Shown: positions 1 through 13,924, counted from the whole stretch's first letter. The stretch is DNA of 63,887 nt, filler included, from Octopus bimaculoides (GCF_001194135.2; 5 parts of 5 records of this genome joined end to end with filler, not necessarily neighbours in it); one strand, 5' to 3'. Numbers and translations: made by a program. Notes: a model not told the origin generated them from the sequence alone.

Positions 1-111
1 AAATTTACAATTCAAGATTGATACATGCTTTGAATGAAAACAATTCTACTATGTCTGACATGATCTAAGCCCCCAGGTGAAAGAAAGCTCACCTTTATTA
101 TTAATATTATT

Positions 112-320
112 GAGGTGGTGAGCTGGCAGAATTGTTAGCACGCGGGGCGAAATGCTTAGTGATATTTCATCTGCTGCTACAATTCTGAGCTCAAATTCCG
201 CTGAGGTCAACTTTGCCTTTCATCCTTTTGGGGTCAATAAATTAAATAGCAGTGAAATCGACTTACCCCCTCCCCACAAATTTCAGGCCTTGTGCCTATA
301 GTAGAAAAGATTATTATTAT
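112..320 (+). mobile_element. tRNA-derived SINE with Meta-like core; further copies at 3547-3775, 9271-9490 (+) and ~8700-8885, 17870-17975, 28840-29050, 33420-33620 (-)
   Basis: Recurrent gagctggcagaa.gttagc...ttcaaattcc...gactttgcctttcatcctt.ggggtcgataaa core with a (TTA)n tail. Confidence 0.85.
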
Positions 321-1012
321 TAAATATTCTTTCGTTAGTTATTCTTAAGGGGTTAGTAAAAGTGACAAATAATTTCTTGTTTAATTTGCTGGATCTTCAG
401 ATTCCAGAAAATTACATGTATTTTTCTTTTATTAATTTGACATCTTTCTTTTCTGTAAACATTTTTAACATTCATTTCAAATTTTTCTTATACACACACA
501 CATACACAATATACCCATAAATATCTTTTATCATAAATTCAACTACCACCACCCCAGACGTAATAAGCTATATTTCCAGTATATATTTGTACTAAAGAGC
601 AATTTTCAACTTTTGCTACTAAATAACCTGGCCCTACCTATAAAAATGTTTCATTTATAGATATAAAATATTTTACACACCCAAGTTGCTAAAAAATATG
701 CATTAAAAAAATCATAGGCATTTGCCATTGTATTTTTTGTTTCATGCAAGAAACTGGTTCGATCATGACTCGACTGAATATATTACTGAGCTTGTTCATT
801 GTTGTGAGAATTAGGAAGATCAACCAGACACCTTTGAGAGAATATTAGTGACAGGAAATGTATAACGATACAACTTCAAACAATAATGCTTTATTGGTTC
901 AATTTTGTTAAATAGCCAAAACTGTTGATTCAGCCATTGTAGAAATACTTTTGCAAACACCAGAGTATGTTTAGTTTTTATACGAGATAGATAAATACAT
1001 ACATACATATGT

Positions 1013-1056
<44 letters not shown>

Positions 1057-2479
1057 CTGAACTGATTATTTAAGTTCACATGATAACCATTGGAGGGATT
1101 GTTAATATGACATTCCATTTAAAAGGTCTGTATTCTGTCTAGATAACAGTATGTTACTTTGTAGTTTTTAAATTAAATATATATATATATATATATATCA
1201 ACAAACAATTTCTGTTTTATTTTATCAAACACAAAATGAGTTTGATAAGACTGATTGTTTGTTGCTCCTGAGTAAAATATACAACTTGGCAACGATCATA
1301 TTTGCATAAGTTGCACAAAAAGTTCTTAGAAAGTCATTCTGGGTTTTATACGTGAAGCTAAGTCTCCCATAGGCTTTAATACACTAAAACCTTTATTTCT
1401 TTAATATGGGCTGCTGATATTAGGATATGTCTAATATGTCTGTGTGTCTTTTATGTCAACATCAAATACAGTAATAAAAGGAGCAACACAATAAACTCCA
1501 GGTTATAATAGGAAAACCGGTGTTCAAGACTAATGGTGAATAACATACAAAAGTAACAGTGATGTTGAGTAGAAAAAAAAAACATGAAGATTCATAAAGA
1601 AAAGGTTGTCAGGTAGAGTTCTCTCCAGTTTGAATAATTAAGGTTAGAACATGTAACTTCCAAACCAGCTTCAACCCGACAAACTATTTTCTCTGAGTCT
1701 GTTTTTATTCTCTTCATCTTTGAGACACAAATTCCTCCTCATCATCATCATATACACTGGTGACAAGCCAATCAAAGTATTCTTATCATAAAACCCTCTT
1801 TTGTCTTCTACTATTAGTTACTACACCAATGAAATACATGAGATACAGTTCACCAGCTTCACCATGTACGCAAATATATAAAACTGGTACATATATTGGT
1901 TATGATGATGAGTAGTGTTTCAGTTGATCTGATTAACAGAACAGCCTGCTCATGAAATTAATGAGCAAGTGGTTGAGTACTCCACAGACATGCATACCCT
2001 TAACCTTTTTGATACCAACCTGGTTGAAATCACATCTGGCCTTATAGTACAAATGTCTTGTTTTCAAAAGTTCTGAATTAATAACTTCCACCAAAACTTA
2101 GTCACAATTGATGTTCCTAACACTAGTTTAAAGATAACCAAGTTATTTTACTAAATTCTTTGTTGTATTTAAAATTAATTGAAAGAAACACAGAGCATCT
2201 CAACAGAAATATGGTAACAAAAGGGTCAACGTAGTTCTCAGGGAGATTCAGTGTGACACAGACTATCACAAAGCTGGCCCTTTGAAATGTAGATACCACT
2301 CATTTTTGCCAGCTGAGTGGATTGGAGCAATGTGAAATAAAGTGTCTTGCTCAAGAACACAACATGCTGCTGGGCATTGAACTCATGTCTGTACACTCAT
2401 GAACCAAACACTCCAACCACTAAGCCATTCACCTTCACACACAAATATATAATCAATATGAAAATATATAAAACTATGG

Positions 2480-3060
2480 AAGTATTCATTTTTTTGTTGT
2501 GTCTCAAACAGGACTTGTTCTATACCAAGTTCTACAACCATTTGACACAGATGTGCACTCATATTATTTGTTGTTATATGCCAACTGCAACAAGTTTTAA
2601 TACAAATGAGATTATTGATTGCAATTATAGATTATGTGTCAATAAAATACCTTGTTGATGTAATTAGGTCATAGGACCAGATTTCAGACAGGCAACAGCA
2701 GCCTTCAAAACAACTCGAGAAGTTTACGAATGGCAATGAAAGAACTCTGACATAAAAAAAAAAAAACACTGGCTGTTTAACCAATAAGTTAAACAAATGA
2801 AAGAGGTGGAATTGAACCTGTACATGTGTTATTATTATTGGCATGATGATTTTCTCAAGACACAACAAAATATCTTGTTGAGACATTCTAAAAATAGCTA
2901 GAGACACGAAAGTGAAAACTACTCTAAACAATAAACATTAACAAAAAAGCAAATTTTCAATCCACCCCCAGATTAATATGTACAAATGCAATGAGTCAAC
3001 ATTATTACACTCTCCTTCATTTTCTTTAGTTCGTCTGAGAAAGTGTTTCTCAACATAAAA
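2480..3060 (+). mobile_element. Highly decayed RTE LINE remnant
   Basis: Mixed frames give ..QATAAFK.., KTLAV and ..ILKIARDTKV.., resembling the RTE post-RT region. Confidence 0.45.
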
Positions 3061-3779
3061 TGAAATAAATGTGTGACATCNNNNNNNNNNNNNNNNNNNN
3101 NNNNNNNNNNNNNNNNNNNNNNNNNNNNNNNNNNNNNNNNNNNNNNNNNNNNNNNNNNNNNNNNNNNNNNNNNNNNNNNNNNNNNNNNNNNNNNNNNNNN
3201 NNNNNNNNNNNNNNNNNNNNNNNNNNNNNNNNNNNNNNNNNNNNNNNNNNNNNNNNNNNNNNNNNNNNNNNNNNNNNNNNNNNNNNNNNNNNNNNNNNNN
3301 NNNNNNNNNNNNNNNNNNNNNNNNNNNNNNNNNNNNNNNNNNNNNNNNNNNNNNNNNNNNNNNNNNNNNNNNNNNNNNNNNNNNNNNNNNNNNNNNNNNN
3401 NNNNNNNNNNNNNNNNNNNNNNNNNNNNNNNNNNNNNNNNNNNNNNNNNNNNNNNNNNNNNNNNNNNNNNNNNNNNNNNNNNNNNNNNNNNNNNNNNCTT
3501 CAGGTCTTGTTAGTGGATTTGGTGGATAGAAACTAAAAGAAGGGTGGTAACCCGGCAGAAACGTTAGCACGCCGGGCGAAATGCTTAGCGGTATTTCGTC
3601 TGCCGCTACGTTCTGAGTTCAAATTCCGCTGAGGTCAACTTTGCCTTTCATCCTTTCGGGGTCGATGAAATAAGTATTAGTTACGCACTGGGGTCGATAT
3701 AATTGATTTAATCCGTTTGTTTGTCCCCTCTGTGTGTAGCCCCTTGTGGGCAGTAAAGAAATAAGAAACTGAAAGAAGC

Positions 3780-3819
<40 letters not shown>

Positions 3820-3869
3820 CGTGCGCGCACGCATGTGTGTGTGTGTTACTATCTCCTTGCCTTGACATC

Positions 3870-4425
3870 AGGGGGTGTAGCCAGCCCACTTATGCGTACC
3901 TTTCCTTCATTGAACACTAAACTCCGCTTGCGAAGACCTGTTGAGGCAAGTGAAATCAAAATCGGACTAAATTCAATGACTGGCACACATGCCAATGTCC
4001 TCTCCTTCATTGGACACGAAACTTGGCTTGTGAAGACCTGTTGGGGCAAGTGAAAGCGAAATCGTGATGGCAACTGTGCCCAGCATCGCCTCCCTGGCAC
4101 TTGTGCCAGTGGCCCGTGAAAAAACATTCGAGCGAGGTCATTGCCAGTGCCGCTGGACTGGCTCCTGTGCAGGTGGCATGTAAAATACACCATTTTGAGC
4201 GTGGCCATTGCCAATACCTCCCGACTGGCCTTCGTGCCGGTGGCATGTAAAAGCACCCACTACACTCTCGGAGTGGTAGGCGATAGGAAGGGCATCCAGC
4301 TGTAGAAACCCTGCCAAATCAGATTGGAGCCTGGTGTAGCCATCTGGTTCACCAGTCCTCAGTCAAATCGTCCAACCCATGCTAGCATGGAAAGCAGACG
4401 TTAGACGATGATGATGATGATGACA
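3870..4425. repeat. Dispersed composite repeat ending in (GAT)n; related segments at 5520-6080 and 9625-9890
   Basis: Shared ggcatgtaaaaagcacccactacactctc...gtccaacccatgc.agcatggaaa..gacg.ta.acgatgatgat. Confidence 0.7.
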
Positions 4426-5236
4426 GCTCAGGATTAACGGTTGCAGACAAACTAATAAACAGATTCAGCCACATCTTTTTCTAAATGAGTTATTCATTAC
4501 CATTTTACTGAGAATCTAGCAGAGATGATGTTTAGCCTATTCCCACTATACCAGGAATACGGCATGACAGAATTAAAGTTATCAAATGTTCCGATAATTT
4601 CTAACAATTAATGATCTATTTTATACTTATGAAATATGCACTATACTAATTAATAATGAAGAATTAAACAGAAGGACAAGTTTGACTGTTTGTGGAAAAG
4701 TTGTTGGATCAGATGAAATTTTTATAGAGGCACTTGCAAATTTTTCACCATGCTAAACTTCTCTCGCAAATTATGTATTCCATAATCCTTGTAGATTATC
4801 CATCAGAAGAATGGAGAAACACTATAACAGTATAGTATTAATCCCAAATAAAGGAAACAGTAGTGTTCTAGAAAAATCACATCAGATTATCAATCATGTG
4901 TAGAAGTGTAAAAATCTTTAATCAAGTTTTTGTTGTATCTCGAGAGGGTCATTATGCCAATAATAAACACACACATTGGTTCTATTTCACTTCTTTTATT
5001 ATAATTAGTCAATTCACCAATGTTTAACCATTTGACTAATTGACTGATTGATAAATTGTTTGGTCAATCAATCAATCAGTTAGGTTTGTCAAAGACCTTA
5101 TGTCACCATTCATGACCTCATCAATGACTTACCCTCTCAACTCCAGGACAGTTTCAAGTCAGGCGCTTTTCACACAACGAAAATTAATTCTAGGTTCTTA
5201 GTATGGCTTCAGGGTAAATAAAAATACCACTGAAAA

Positions 5237-5322
5237 AATACTATAATTAAAGATATACTATAATTAAGTAATACTATAATTAAAGATATACTATAATTAA
5301 GCAATACTATAATTAACGATAT
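5237..5322. repeat. 33-bp minisatellite (~2.6 copies) built from 16/17-bp atactataattaa subunits
   Basis: aatactataattaaagatatactataattaag(t/c) starting at 5237, 5270 and 5303. Confidence 0.9.
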
Positions 5323-6440
5323 AAATAAAGAATATGTATTGAGAGCTGACACAAGAGAAAATACCATGTTGAGATAACATTTATGAACTTTTCTAAAGCA
5401 TTTGACTATGTAAACAGTACTGCAATTCAAACAAGCCTCAGGTCTTTATGAAATTTATTCCTGAACATTATTACGTCTTGTACACCACTACCAATGCCTT
5501 CATTGGTACTCTTGGCAACAATCATCATCATCGTCGTCATTTAATGTCTGCTTTCCATGCTAGTATGGGTTGGATGGCAAACTGGGAGGCTGCACCAGGC
5601 TCCAATCTGATTTGGTAAGGTTTCTACAGCTGGATGCCCTTCCTAACGCCAACCACTCTAAGAGTGTAGTGGGCACTTTTTACATTCCACCGGCATGGGA
5701 GCTAGTCAGGCGGCACTGGCATCAGCTTGCTTGAATGGTGCTTTTTATGTGCCACCGGCATGGTAGCCAGTCAGGTGGTACTGGTATTGGTTACACTTGA
5801 ATGGTGTTTTTTTACATGTCACTAGCACAGGTGTCAGTTAGGTGATACTGCCATCGGTCACACTCAAATGGTACTTTTTACGTCACCAGCACAGGTGCCA
5901 GTCAGGCAGCATTGACATCGGCCATGGCTACGATTTCACTCAGTTCAACAGGTCTTCACAAACAAAGCATATTGCCCGACAACTGAAGGGTGCTTTTAAA
6001 TGGGCCAGTTATGCAACACTGGCATCAGCCATGACTACAATCTCACTTGGCTTGTGGGTCTTCTCAGGTACAGCATATTTCCAAAGGTCTCAGTCGCTTG
6101 TCACTGCCTATAATTACACCCTGTCTTTTAATATTTTCTTTTGTCTTATTTGTTTCAGTCACTAGACTGAGGCCATGCTGGGGCACCATCTTGAAGGGTT
6201 TAGTTGAACAAATCAGCCCCAGTACTTATTTTAAGCCTGGTACTTGTTTTATCAGTCTCTTTTGTTGAAATGTCAAGTTGCAGGTATGTAACAAAACCAA
6301 CACTGGTTGTCATGTGATAATAATAATAACAATAACAAGAGCACTCAGAGAGCGTAAAACCTCTGCCAAGGCAACACCAATGTCCTCTCAACTATTACTT
6401 GTCCATAGGCTTGACCTGGAGAGATTCCCCGATCTCCAAC

Positions 6441-6620
6441 TTACACAACCTGTTGGGGAACGTTATTCCACAGATCCTTGGCAGCTTGTATACACAATAC
6501 TATTTTAGTCACTACCCAACATTCATGGCCATAAATGAGGATTGGTATAAAAACTGAACTGAAGATATCGAATTTTACTTTATAACCAACCTCATGTCTT
6601 CTGAGGTTTGAATACTGGTC
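6441..6620 (-). mobile_element. RTE LINE post-RT remnant
   Basis: KFDIFSSVFIPILIYGHECWVVT...IQAA matches the LxYGxExW motif. Confidence 0.7.
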
Positions 6621-7639
6621 AAAAGCAAACATGGCTGAATTACTATGGTGTAAGACCAATACCTAAAAGAAATGGTGGCTGATGTTCTTATACCAAAATA
6701 GGTTATTTCAAATGTCACAAGCCACCTTGCTTTCACAAAAAAGGAACATGTTACTACAGCAGATAGCAATGATATTAATTGTTTTAAAATGTTGAATTGA
6801 ACTGAATTCCTATGAATATAGTTTAAAAGAGAGATTTGCTTTACGTCACTGTGTCCTAGAGAGATAAGACATTATGACTCAATTGTTGACAGTAGCAATG
6901 AAGTTTCAAATGATTAGTTGTCTTAACACATGAATATGCAGAATACATACATACAAATGTACACACATAAATAGATAAATATGCACACATATACATACAT
7001 AGGCACACACACACATACTGATCCACACATGCGCACAAACAAACAAAAAGGAATGCAGTGTGAGTGACGGACAGAGTCAAAACTATTGAAAAGGTTGCAA
7101 GACGCAACGAAAATTTTAGAAAAACAAAAAAGAAATAAGTGGAAATTTTACCGGTGAATGTGTTAAATTATAAGGCACCAAAAGAGAATGACTCTCCCCA
7201 GACACAACAGGATCTACAAGAGGTTTTTTTTCACTTCTTTCTTATCAATTACATAAGCCATTTGTTGCTATAACCAGAAATTGTAAAGTCAACAAGGGAG
7301 AATCTATGAGGTTGCCTAGCTTGCTAGAAATAGCTACTAAATATTCCACATATCAAAACCTGCCATCTTAAAAAGAAAGACAGAGAATCACTATATTCGA
7401 AAAAAGAACAGATAGAAGACAGGATGGTCATGGCTGGGAATATGACTGATTTGGGAACTAAACACCAAGTAGGAAATGTTAAGAGGAGTTTTAAACCCAC
7501 CTCATATATGTAACATTGACAATATAGACAGCGAAAATGATGTCAAAGGCTTTTTATCAGAAAAAGAAGAATAGGTATTTGTGTGGAAAATAAGCATGAG
7601 ACCAAAAGTACACCTGACCTTCATATTTCTGCTACAATC

Positions 7640-8640
7640 AAGTCTCATCCAAGAAATATCACATACACCTTTGTTGCTTAGTCAGGTGGTGGAGAGTAAT
7701 GTCTTACTGAACTTGTTCTGTTCTGTCGTCATTCTATCATACTTTCACAACATCTCCACTCTTAATTAGGTCACCAAGCTTATGGAACCTATCAGTTACT
7801 ATGAATAAGCTTTCTGAGCAATCGAGTCTTTATTCCTTGTCGCATTTCCCCCTACTTCCTTTCTGCATATTGAGCATGAACAATTCTCAGTTGTTAATAA
7901 TGTATTGTATTTCTTTTTTCCCCATTTTTGTTGAAATGGTCTTTAGGTCTACACACTACTTCTATACCAGGAATTTTTCTTCTAATCCTCCGATTGATTC
8001 ATCTGAGAACCAAGTTGTCAGCACACAAGAATTTTTTCCTACATATGGCTTGGAAAGCTAAGTAATAAACAAGGGCACCTATATATTCTCATACAAAGAT
8101 CTGTGTAGCTCTTAAAAGCCATTCCTCTACCCTTAAGTTTTCTTAGCAACCATCAAACTACTGAGCATAAAACTCTGTCAAAGGTGAATTCCAACTCAAT
8201 AAACACTAGATACAATGGTTTGTCCTTGTCAAAAAACTTTTCTTGTAGATACCTCACTAAGAGGATATTGGTAATTTCAAGGAATAGCACAAACCCAAAG
8301 TACATCCCATGTCTAACCTAATTCTCTTCCTGACTGGCTTTGCTATAATTCTGTTTCTTTCATAATTTCATTAATTTAATGTTTGGATTTACTCGTTTCT
8401 AAAGCATCACTTTTGGCCTTGTAACAACTCATACTGCTGCCATAGCTGTTGCTGCTGCTGTTATGCCAATGATTGGGAATAATACCTTTCTGCACTATCT
8501 GATTAAATACAGGAGTAACCAAAACACATCCGATATCGTTAGATATTTTCAATATTTTGGTGACTATCTCTGGTGATCCGCCATCTTTCCCTACTTTTAT
8601 ATTCTTAATGGTTCTTTTTATCATACAGCAGTCAATCTTA
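7640..8640 (-). mobile_element. RTE-clade LINE, RT remnant
   Basis: KVGKDGGSPEIVTKILKIS...NQIVQKGIIPNHW...CYKAKSDALE, and further broken RT motifs toward 7.9 kb (FSDESIGGLEEKF). Confidence 0.8.
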
Positions 8641-10832
8641 ACAGTTGATCCTTCTGTTAGATCCTATTGGAATAAAACCACTTTTCCCTCACAATAATAA
8701 TCCTTTCTATTATAGGCACAAGGCCTGAAAAGTTTTTGGAGGAGGGAGCTAGTCAATTACATCGACCCCCAGGGCTCAACCTTGAAAGGATGAAAAGCAA
8801 AGTTGACCTCAATGGAATTTGAATTCAGAATGTAAAGACAGACAAAATACCACTGAGCATTTTGCCCAATATGCTAATGATTCTGCCAGCTAGAGATGGG
8901 AGCGATGACCTCCCCTTGCAAATACTTATTGGACATAGACTGCGTGTTCTTAGTCAGCTGGAGGAGATGTCTTCCTGGGGCTATAAGCATCAGTAGCACT
9001 GTCCTGTATAGGACACCACACTTAGTTGGCAAATATATATGTATATATGAATAGATAGAAAGATAGATAGACAGATAGCTTGGTGATAGGTTTAGCAAGT
9101 GAGATACTAGTTGAACACACATCATGGCAAGAAATGGAAATAAGAGCAGCTTTGTTTAACTCACTACTTCATCAAAACTAAAATTGGAGAGGAGGCTGAG
9201 GAAGTGAGTTGAAGTAAACCATCATTTACATCAGCATGGCCACAGCCTCAAGCCGACGATATATATATATGATGAACTGGCAGAAATGTTAGCACAGCGG
9301 GCGAAATGCTTAGTGGTATTTTATCTGTTTTTACATTCTGAGTTCAAATCTCACCGAGGTCGACTTTGCCTTTCATCCTTTTGGGGTCGATAAATTAAGT
9401 ACCAGTTATGCATTGGGGTCAATCTAATCAACTGCCCCCGCTCCCCACCCAAAAAATTGTGGCCTTTTGGCCTAGAGTAGAAAAGAATATGTATNNNNNN
9501 NNNNNNNNNNNNNNNNNNNNNNNNNNNNNNNNNNNNNNNNNNNNNNNNNNNNNNNNNNNNNNNNNNNNNNNNNNNNNNNNNNNNNNNNNNNNNNNNNNNN
9601 NNTATATATATATATATATATATGACTGGCTCCCATGCTTGTGGCATGTAAAAAAGCACTATCTGAACGTGATTGATGCCAGGCCTGCTTGACTGGTTGC
9701 GGTGCTGGTGGCATGTAAAAAGCACCCACTACACTCTCAGGGTGGTTGGCATTAGGAAGGGTATCCAGCTGTAGAAACATTGCCAGATCAGATTGGAGCC
9801 TGGTGCAGCCACTGGCTTTCGAGACCTCATTCTAACCGTCCAACCCATGCCAGCATGGAAAACGGACATTAAACGATGATGACGACGATGATCTTACTCT
9901 TAGACTCCCTTCAGTCACAAATGACCATGGAATTGCACCTAGGAGGTTCCTCTTTGAGGTACAAGCTCAAGCATGGTTATTTATGGAAGACCAGCAGTCT
10001 CCCATGTTGTCCATGGGAAAGGCAAAAGCTGATACAACTTGGTAGCAGTGACTTGCAACTCATTCCTACAGCTGAAATAAAGTATTTTGCTCAAGAACGC
10101 AACAAACAGCCCGGTCTGGGAATCGAACTTACAACCACACGATTTTAAGTTTGATGCTTTAACCACTGAGCCATGCGCCTTCACTATATATATGTGTACG
10201 TACTATGTATATGTGTGTGCGTGTACGCGCATGCGTCTGTTTGTGTAAGTGATCCTTCGGTACAGGTATACTGAATGTCGGTATAAGGAGAAAACGTCAT
10301 TAACCTTTTTTCAGCCTAGCCTCTTTATCTGTGTCATGAGGGTAGGTTGTGTGGGTGAATGACATAGTGTACCCGTATCGTAGGATTTTGCCTGTATAAC
10401 TGCGTCTTTTGTGTGTGTCCCCGTTTTCATGTGTGTATTTATGGAACAAATATATTTTTCAAATACTGTTTGAAAACACATAGGAACTAGAAAAATATGT
10501 TTGATTCAAATAAAAAATAGAAAAAAACCCCGATTCATTTCTACTTCCCTTACACACCAGGGATGACTCACAACAAATCCCAAACACGATATAGAAACGC
10601 AATCTGAAAATTCTTGTTTTCTAAACTGAATTTTCACTAGCCTCATTTTACAAGTTTCAGGCTTAATATAATTGTTTGTTAACACAAATGTGATAGCCTG
10701 ATGTTACAGGTGAAAGCATATGCGAGAGACACAATTCATTAAGTGTATTTAATAATCACAACTTGATGTTTGATTGCAGGATTGGTAACCCACCCAGTGT
10801 CGACAATAATAATAAATTTTCCAACATTTATT

Positions 10833-10917
10833 GGCGGAGGTAAAGAATATGCACACCACCTGTTTTCGGCGTCACCTTAACTCTAACCACTGGATGTGCG
10901 TATTCTTTACCTTCGCC
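10833..10917. mobile_element. 85-bp MITE-like element
   Basis: 23-bp TIRs ggcg(g/a)aggtaaagaata(t/c)gcaca with an internal ccttaactctaacc. Confidence 0.6.
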
Positions 10918-11493
10918 CATTCATTGAATTGTATTTGGTTGTCACTTAAAATTTTTCAGCCCCGCCTCCTGTTTTATTTTAATTCTTACCAATGTTATTT
11001 GAATTAACACATTTTTTTTTATCGTAGTATTTTATAGGTTTACTTTTTTTTGTAGTTCACTTCTTTCTCTACAACTTTTGTTCATCGTTTCTGAAATTTC
11101 AATAAATTTTACCTCTTTTCTAACATGATGAGATGTAGTTAGTGTCAAGTAGAAAAATGAAACAAAACAAAAACGAATGTATTTATCTGACATACCAATG
11201 AAAATAAGAAAGAAGCGGAAATTTTACTGGTGTGTGTGTTAAATTATAAGGCACAAAAAGAAAATGACCCTCCTCAAATACACCCAATAAAAGAAGTTTA
11301 TTATAAAATATTCTTTGTAACACTTTTAAAACTATAACTGCTACATTAATTTTTACTCTATGAAATTCATTTCGGTTTGTTCAGAATTTCCTAAAGGGGT
11401 GGGGAGAATGGATGAGGAGAGATGAAACAAGTAAACTAGAGGAATAAAGGAACTTCTCGGAGATCAGCATTGCTATAAAATCAGTTTTCTTAC

Positions 11494-11722
11494 CTACGAG
11501 ATTTCCAACACGATCGCCTAATCCAACATCAAGATTACGACTGCCTGCGAAGAGGCCAAAATATATGTATGCGTTCGTTTTATTAGCAGTCACATTGGCT
11601 ACATGAATTTCAGGACGAACCTCCACCCAGTGATCGGTTGTTAGAGAGGCAAAAAGACAACCAATTCCAACGACTATAATGAACAGGGTTACTCGAACAT
11701 AGTAACGTTTTGTCTTTTCCAT
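11494..11722 (-). CDS. CLRN: Clarin-family tetraspan protein, first coding exon (copy A; 76 codons + 1 nt)
   Basis: MEKTKRYYVRVTLFIIVVGIGCLFASLTTDHWVEV...YFGLFAGSRNLDVGLGDRVGNLV. TM1 followed by SLxTDxW and Y/FGLFxG...GLGxR matches clarin exon 1. NVT and NKT sequons lie in the first loop. Ends at phase-1 donor G|GTAAGA, the position and phase recalled for vertebrate CLRN intron 1. Paralog identity not assignable. Confidence 0.9.
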
Positions 11723-12725
11723 CTTGGATATCCAATTATGGTGCGTCTGCTCTGCTATAAGTTGTATTATTCCTTTGCCTGTTTCTTTAAAAAGTTTGTT
11801 ATTATCAAATAAGTTCTTGTTCCTAATGCCAGCAGGTGGTTGATAGTTATTTTTGATTACTGATTCGAATACAGTTCATAACAACTATCATTATTGTTGC
11901 TGCAGTTGAAATATATTTATAAGATCCTGTCGCGAGGACGACTGACCTCAACTACATGTTAAATAATACTTGTTATACTATCACTTGCGCACACACAGAC
12001 ACAATAACGTGTCGTCACAAGTTGAACAATATTAGGTATTCGCAGCTCAGCACATCCGCCTCACCTGCTTAACATCGACCGGACTACGTTCAACAGACCT
12101 ATATTGTCAACTAGTTTCACAATGCAATTTATACTAAACAGCAGTGGTGGCGGGGACACCTAAGTGCCATCAAGCAAAACAGATTACACATACACTCACA
12201 GGTCTCCACAAATACGCGCACACACACACACGTATTTATCATTCGTTGTCTGGTTTTCTTTTCATGTTTGCATGAGTTCGACGAATATCTCGCGATATTG
12301 CCCCATCTGGCGCCAGCGCTACCTATATATATATATATATATATATNNNNNNNNNNNNNNNNNNNNNNNNNNNNNNNNNNNNNNNNNNNNNNNNNNNNNN
12401 NNNNNNNNNNNNNNNNNNNNNNNNNNNNNNNNNNNNNNNNNNNNNNNNNNNNNNNNNNNNNNNNNNNNNNNNNNNNNNNNNNNNNNNNNNNNNNNNNNNN
12501 NNNNNNNNNNNNNNNNNNNNNNNNNNNNNNNNNNNNNNNNNNNNNNNNNNNNNNNNNNNNNNNNNNNNNNNNNNNNNNNNNNNNNNNNNNNNNNNNNNNN
12601 NATATATATATATATATATATATAATATAAATTGAAATTGGCAACAGGAAGGGCATCTGGCTGTAGGAAATCTTTCTCCATAAATTCCATCTGAATCATA
12701 CAGGCATGGAAAGTCGACACTAAAA

Positions 12726-13050
12726 TGGTGATGATGGCGGTGGTAGTGATGATGATACTGATGATGATGACAACGATGATGATAATGATGATGAGAATGG
12801 TGATGACGATGATGACAATGACGATGGTGATGACGATGATGGCGATGATGACGGTGATGATGACGATGATAATGACAATGATGATGATAGTGGTGATGAT
12901 GACGATGCTGATGACGATAATGACAATAACAATGATGATGACAATGATGATGATGACGACAATGATAATGACGGTGATGATGACGATGATGATGACGATG
13001 ATGATGTGATAATGATGACGACAATGATGACGATGACGATGATGATGATT
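12726..13050. repeat. Degenerate (GAT/GAC/AAT)n trinucleotide array
   Basis: ~325 bp of gatgatgac/aatgat units. Explains the His-, Ser-, Met- and Ile-rich spurious ORFs. Confidence 0.95.
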
Positions 13051-13924
13051 GTATATAATTGACTCACACCCATATATGGAAGGTGAAAAGCGGACGATAT
13101 CAGCAGAGGCATACAAAGTGACTGACTAACTACGACTGCAAAAGTACAAATCGAATGTATTTTAGTTGCTGCCCCCACCCCCCATTACCTCCTTGCTTGT
13201 TGTCCTTACCATTGGAGTTTTAATTCCAACCTGTATTACCTTGCTATTCACTGCATTACATTGACAAATCAACATGTTGTCATGACAATCATTAATCTAT
13301 TGCATATCATTATCTCTTCAGGCAGGTTGTAGTCAATTTTATATATNNNNNNNNNNNNNNNNNNNNNNNNNNNNNNNNNNNNNNNNNNNNNNNNNNNNNN
13401 NNNNNNNNNNNNNNNNNNNNNNNNNNNNNNNNNNNNNNNNNNNNNNNNNNNNNNNNNNNNNNNNNNNNNNNNNNNNNNNNNNNNNNNNNNNNNNNNNNNN
13501 NNNNNNNNNNNNNNNNNNNNNNNNNNNNNNNNNNNNNNNNNNNNNNNNNNNNNNNNNNNNNNNNNNNNNNNNNNNNNNNNNNNNNNNNNNNNNNNNNNNN
13601 NNNNNNNNNNNNNNNNNNNNNNNNNNNNNNNNNNNNNNNNNNNNNNNNNNNNNNNNNNNNNNNNNNNNNNNNNNNNNNNNNNNNNNNNNNNNNNNNNNNN
13701 NNNNNNNNNNNNNNNNNNNNNNNNNNNNNNNNNNNNNNNNNNNNNNNNNNNNNNNNNNNNNNNNNNNNNNNNNNNNNNNNNNNNNNNNNNNNNNNNNNNN
13801 NNNNNNNNNNNNNNNNNNNNNNNNNNNNNNNNNNNNNNNNNNNNNNNNNNNNNNNNNNNNNNNNNNNNNNNNNNNNNNNNNNNNNNNNNNNNNNNNNNNN
13901 NNNNNNNNNNNNNNNNNNNATATA

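Noticed and set aside
640-830. Minus-strand phase-1 acceptor (cactaatattctctcaaag) giving GVWLIFLILTTM..., considered as clarin exon 2
   Set aside because: Lacks the N...P.E...G..GLY pattern and the expected TM2 length.
2668-2750. Plus-strand apparent terminal exon (…SLRMAMKEL*)
   Set aside because: Better explained as a decayed RTE LINE fragment.
6890-6925. Short similarity to 16172-16205 (gtagcaa...aaatgattagttgtc)
   Set aside because: Under 35 bp, AT-rich and not extendable.
10575-10620. Minus-strand ttttcag...gtgagt 32-nt mini-exon in clarin intron 1
   Set aside because: The translation (DCVSISCLGFV) has no clarin similarity and would shift the frame.
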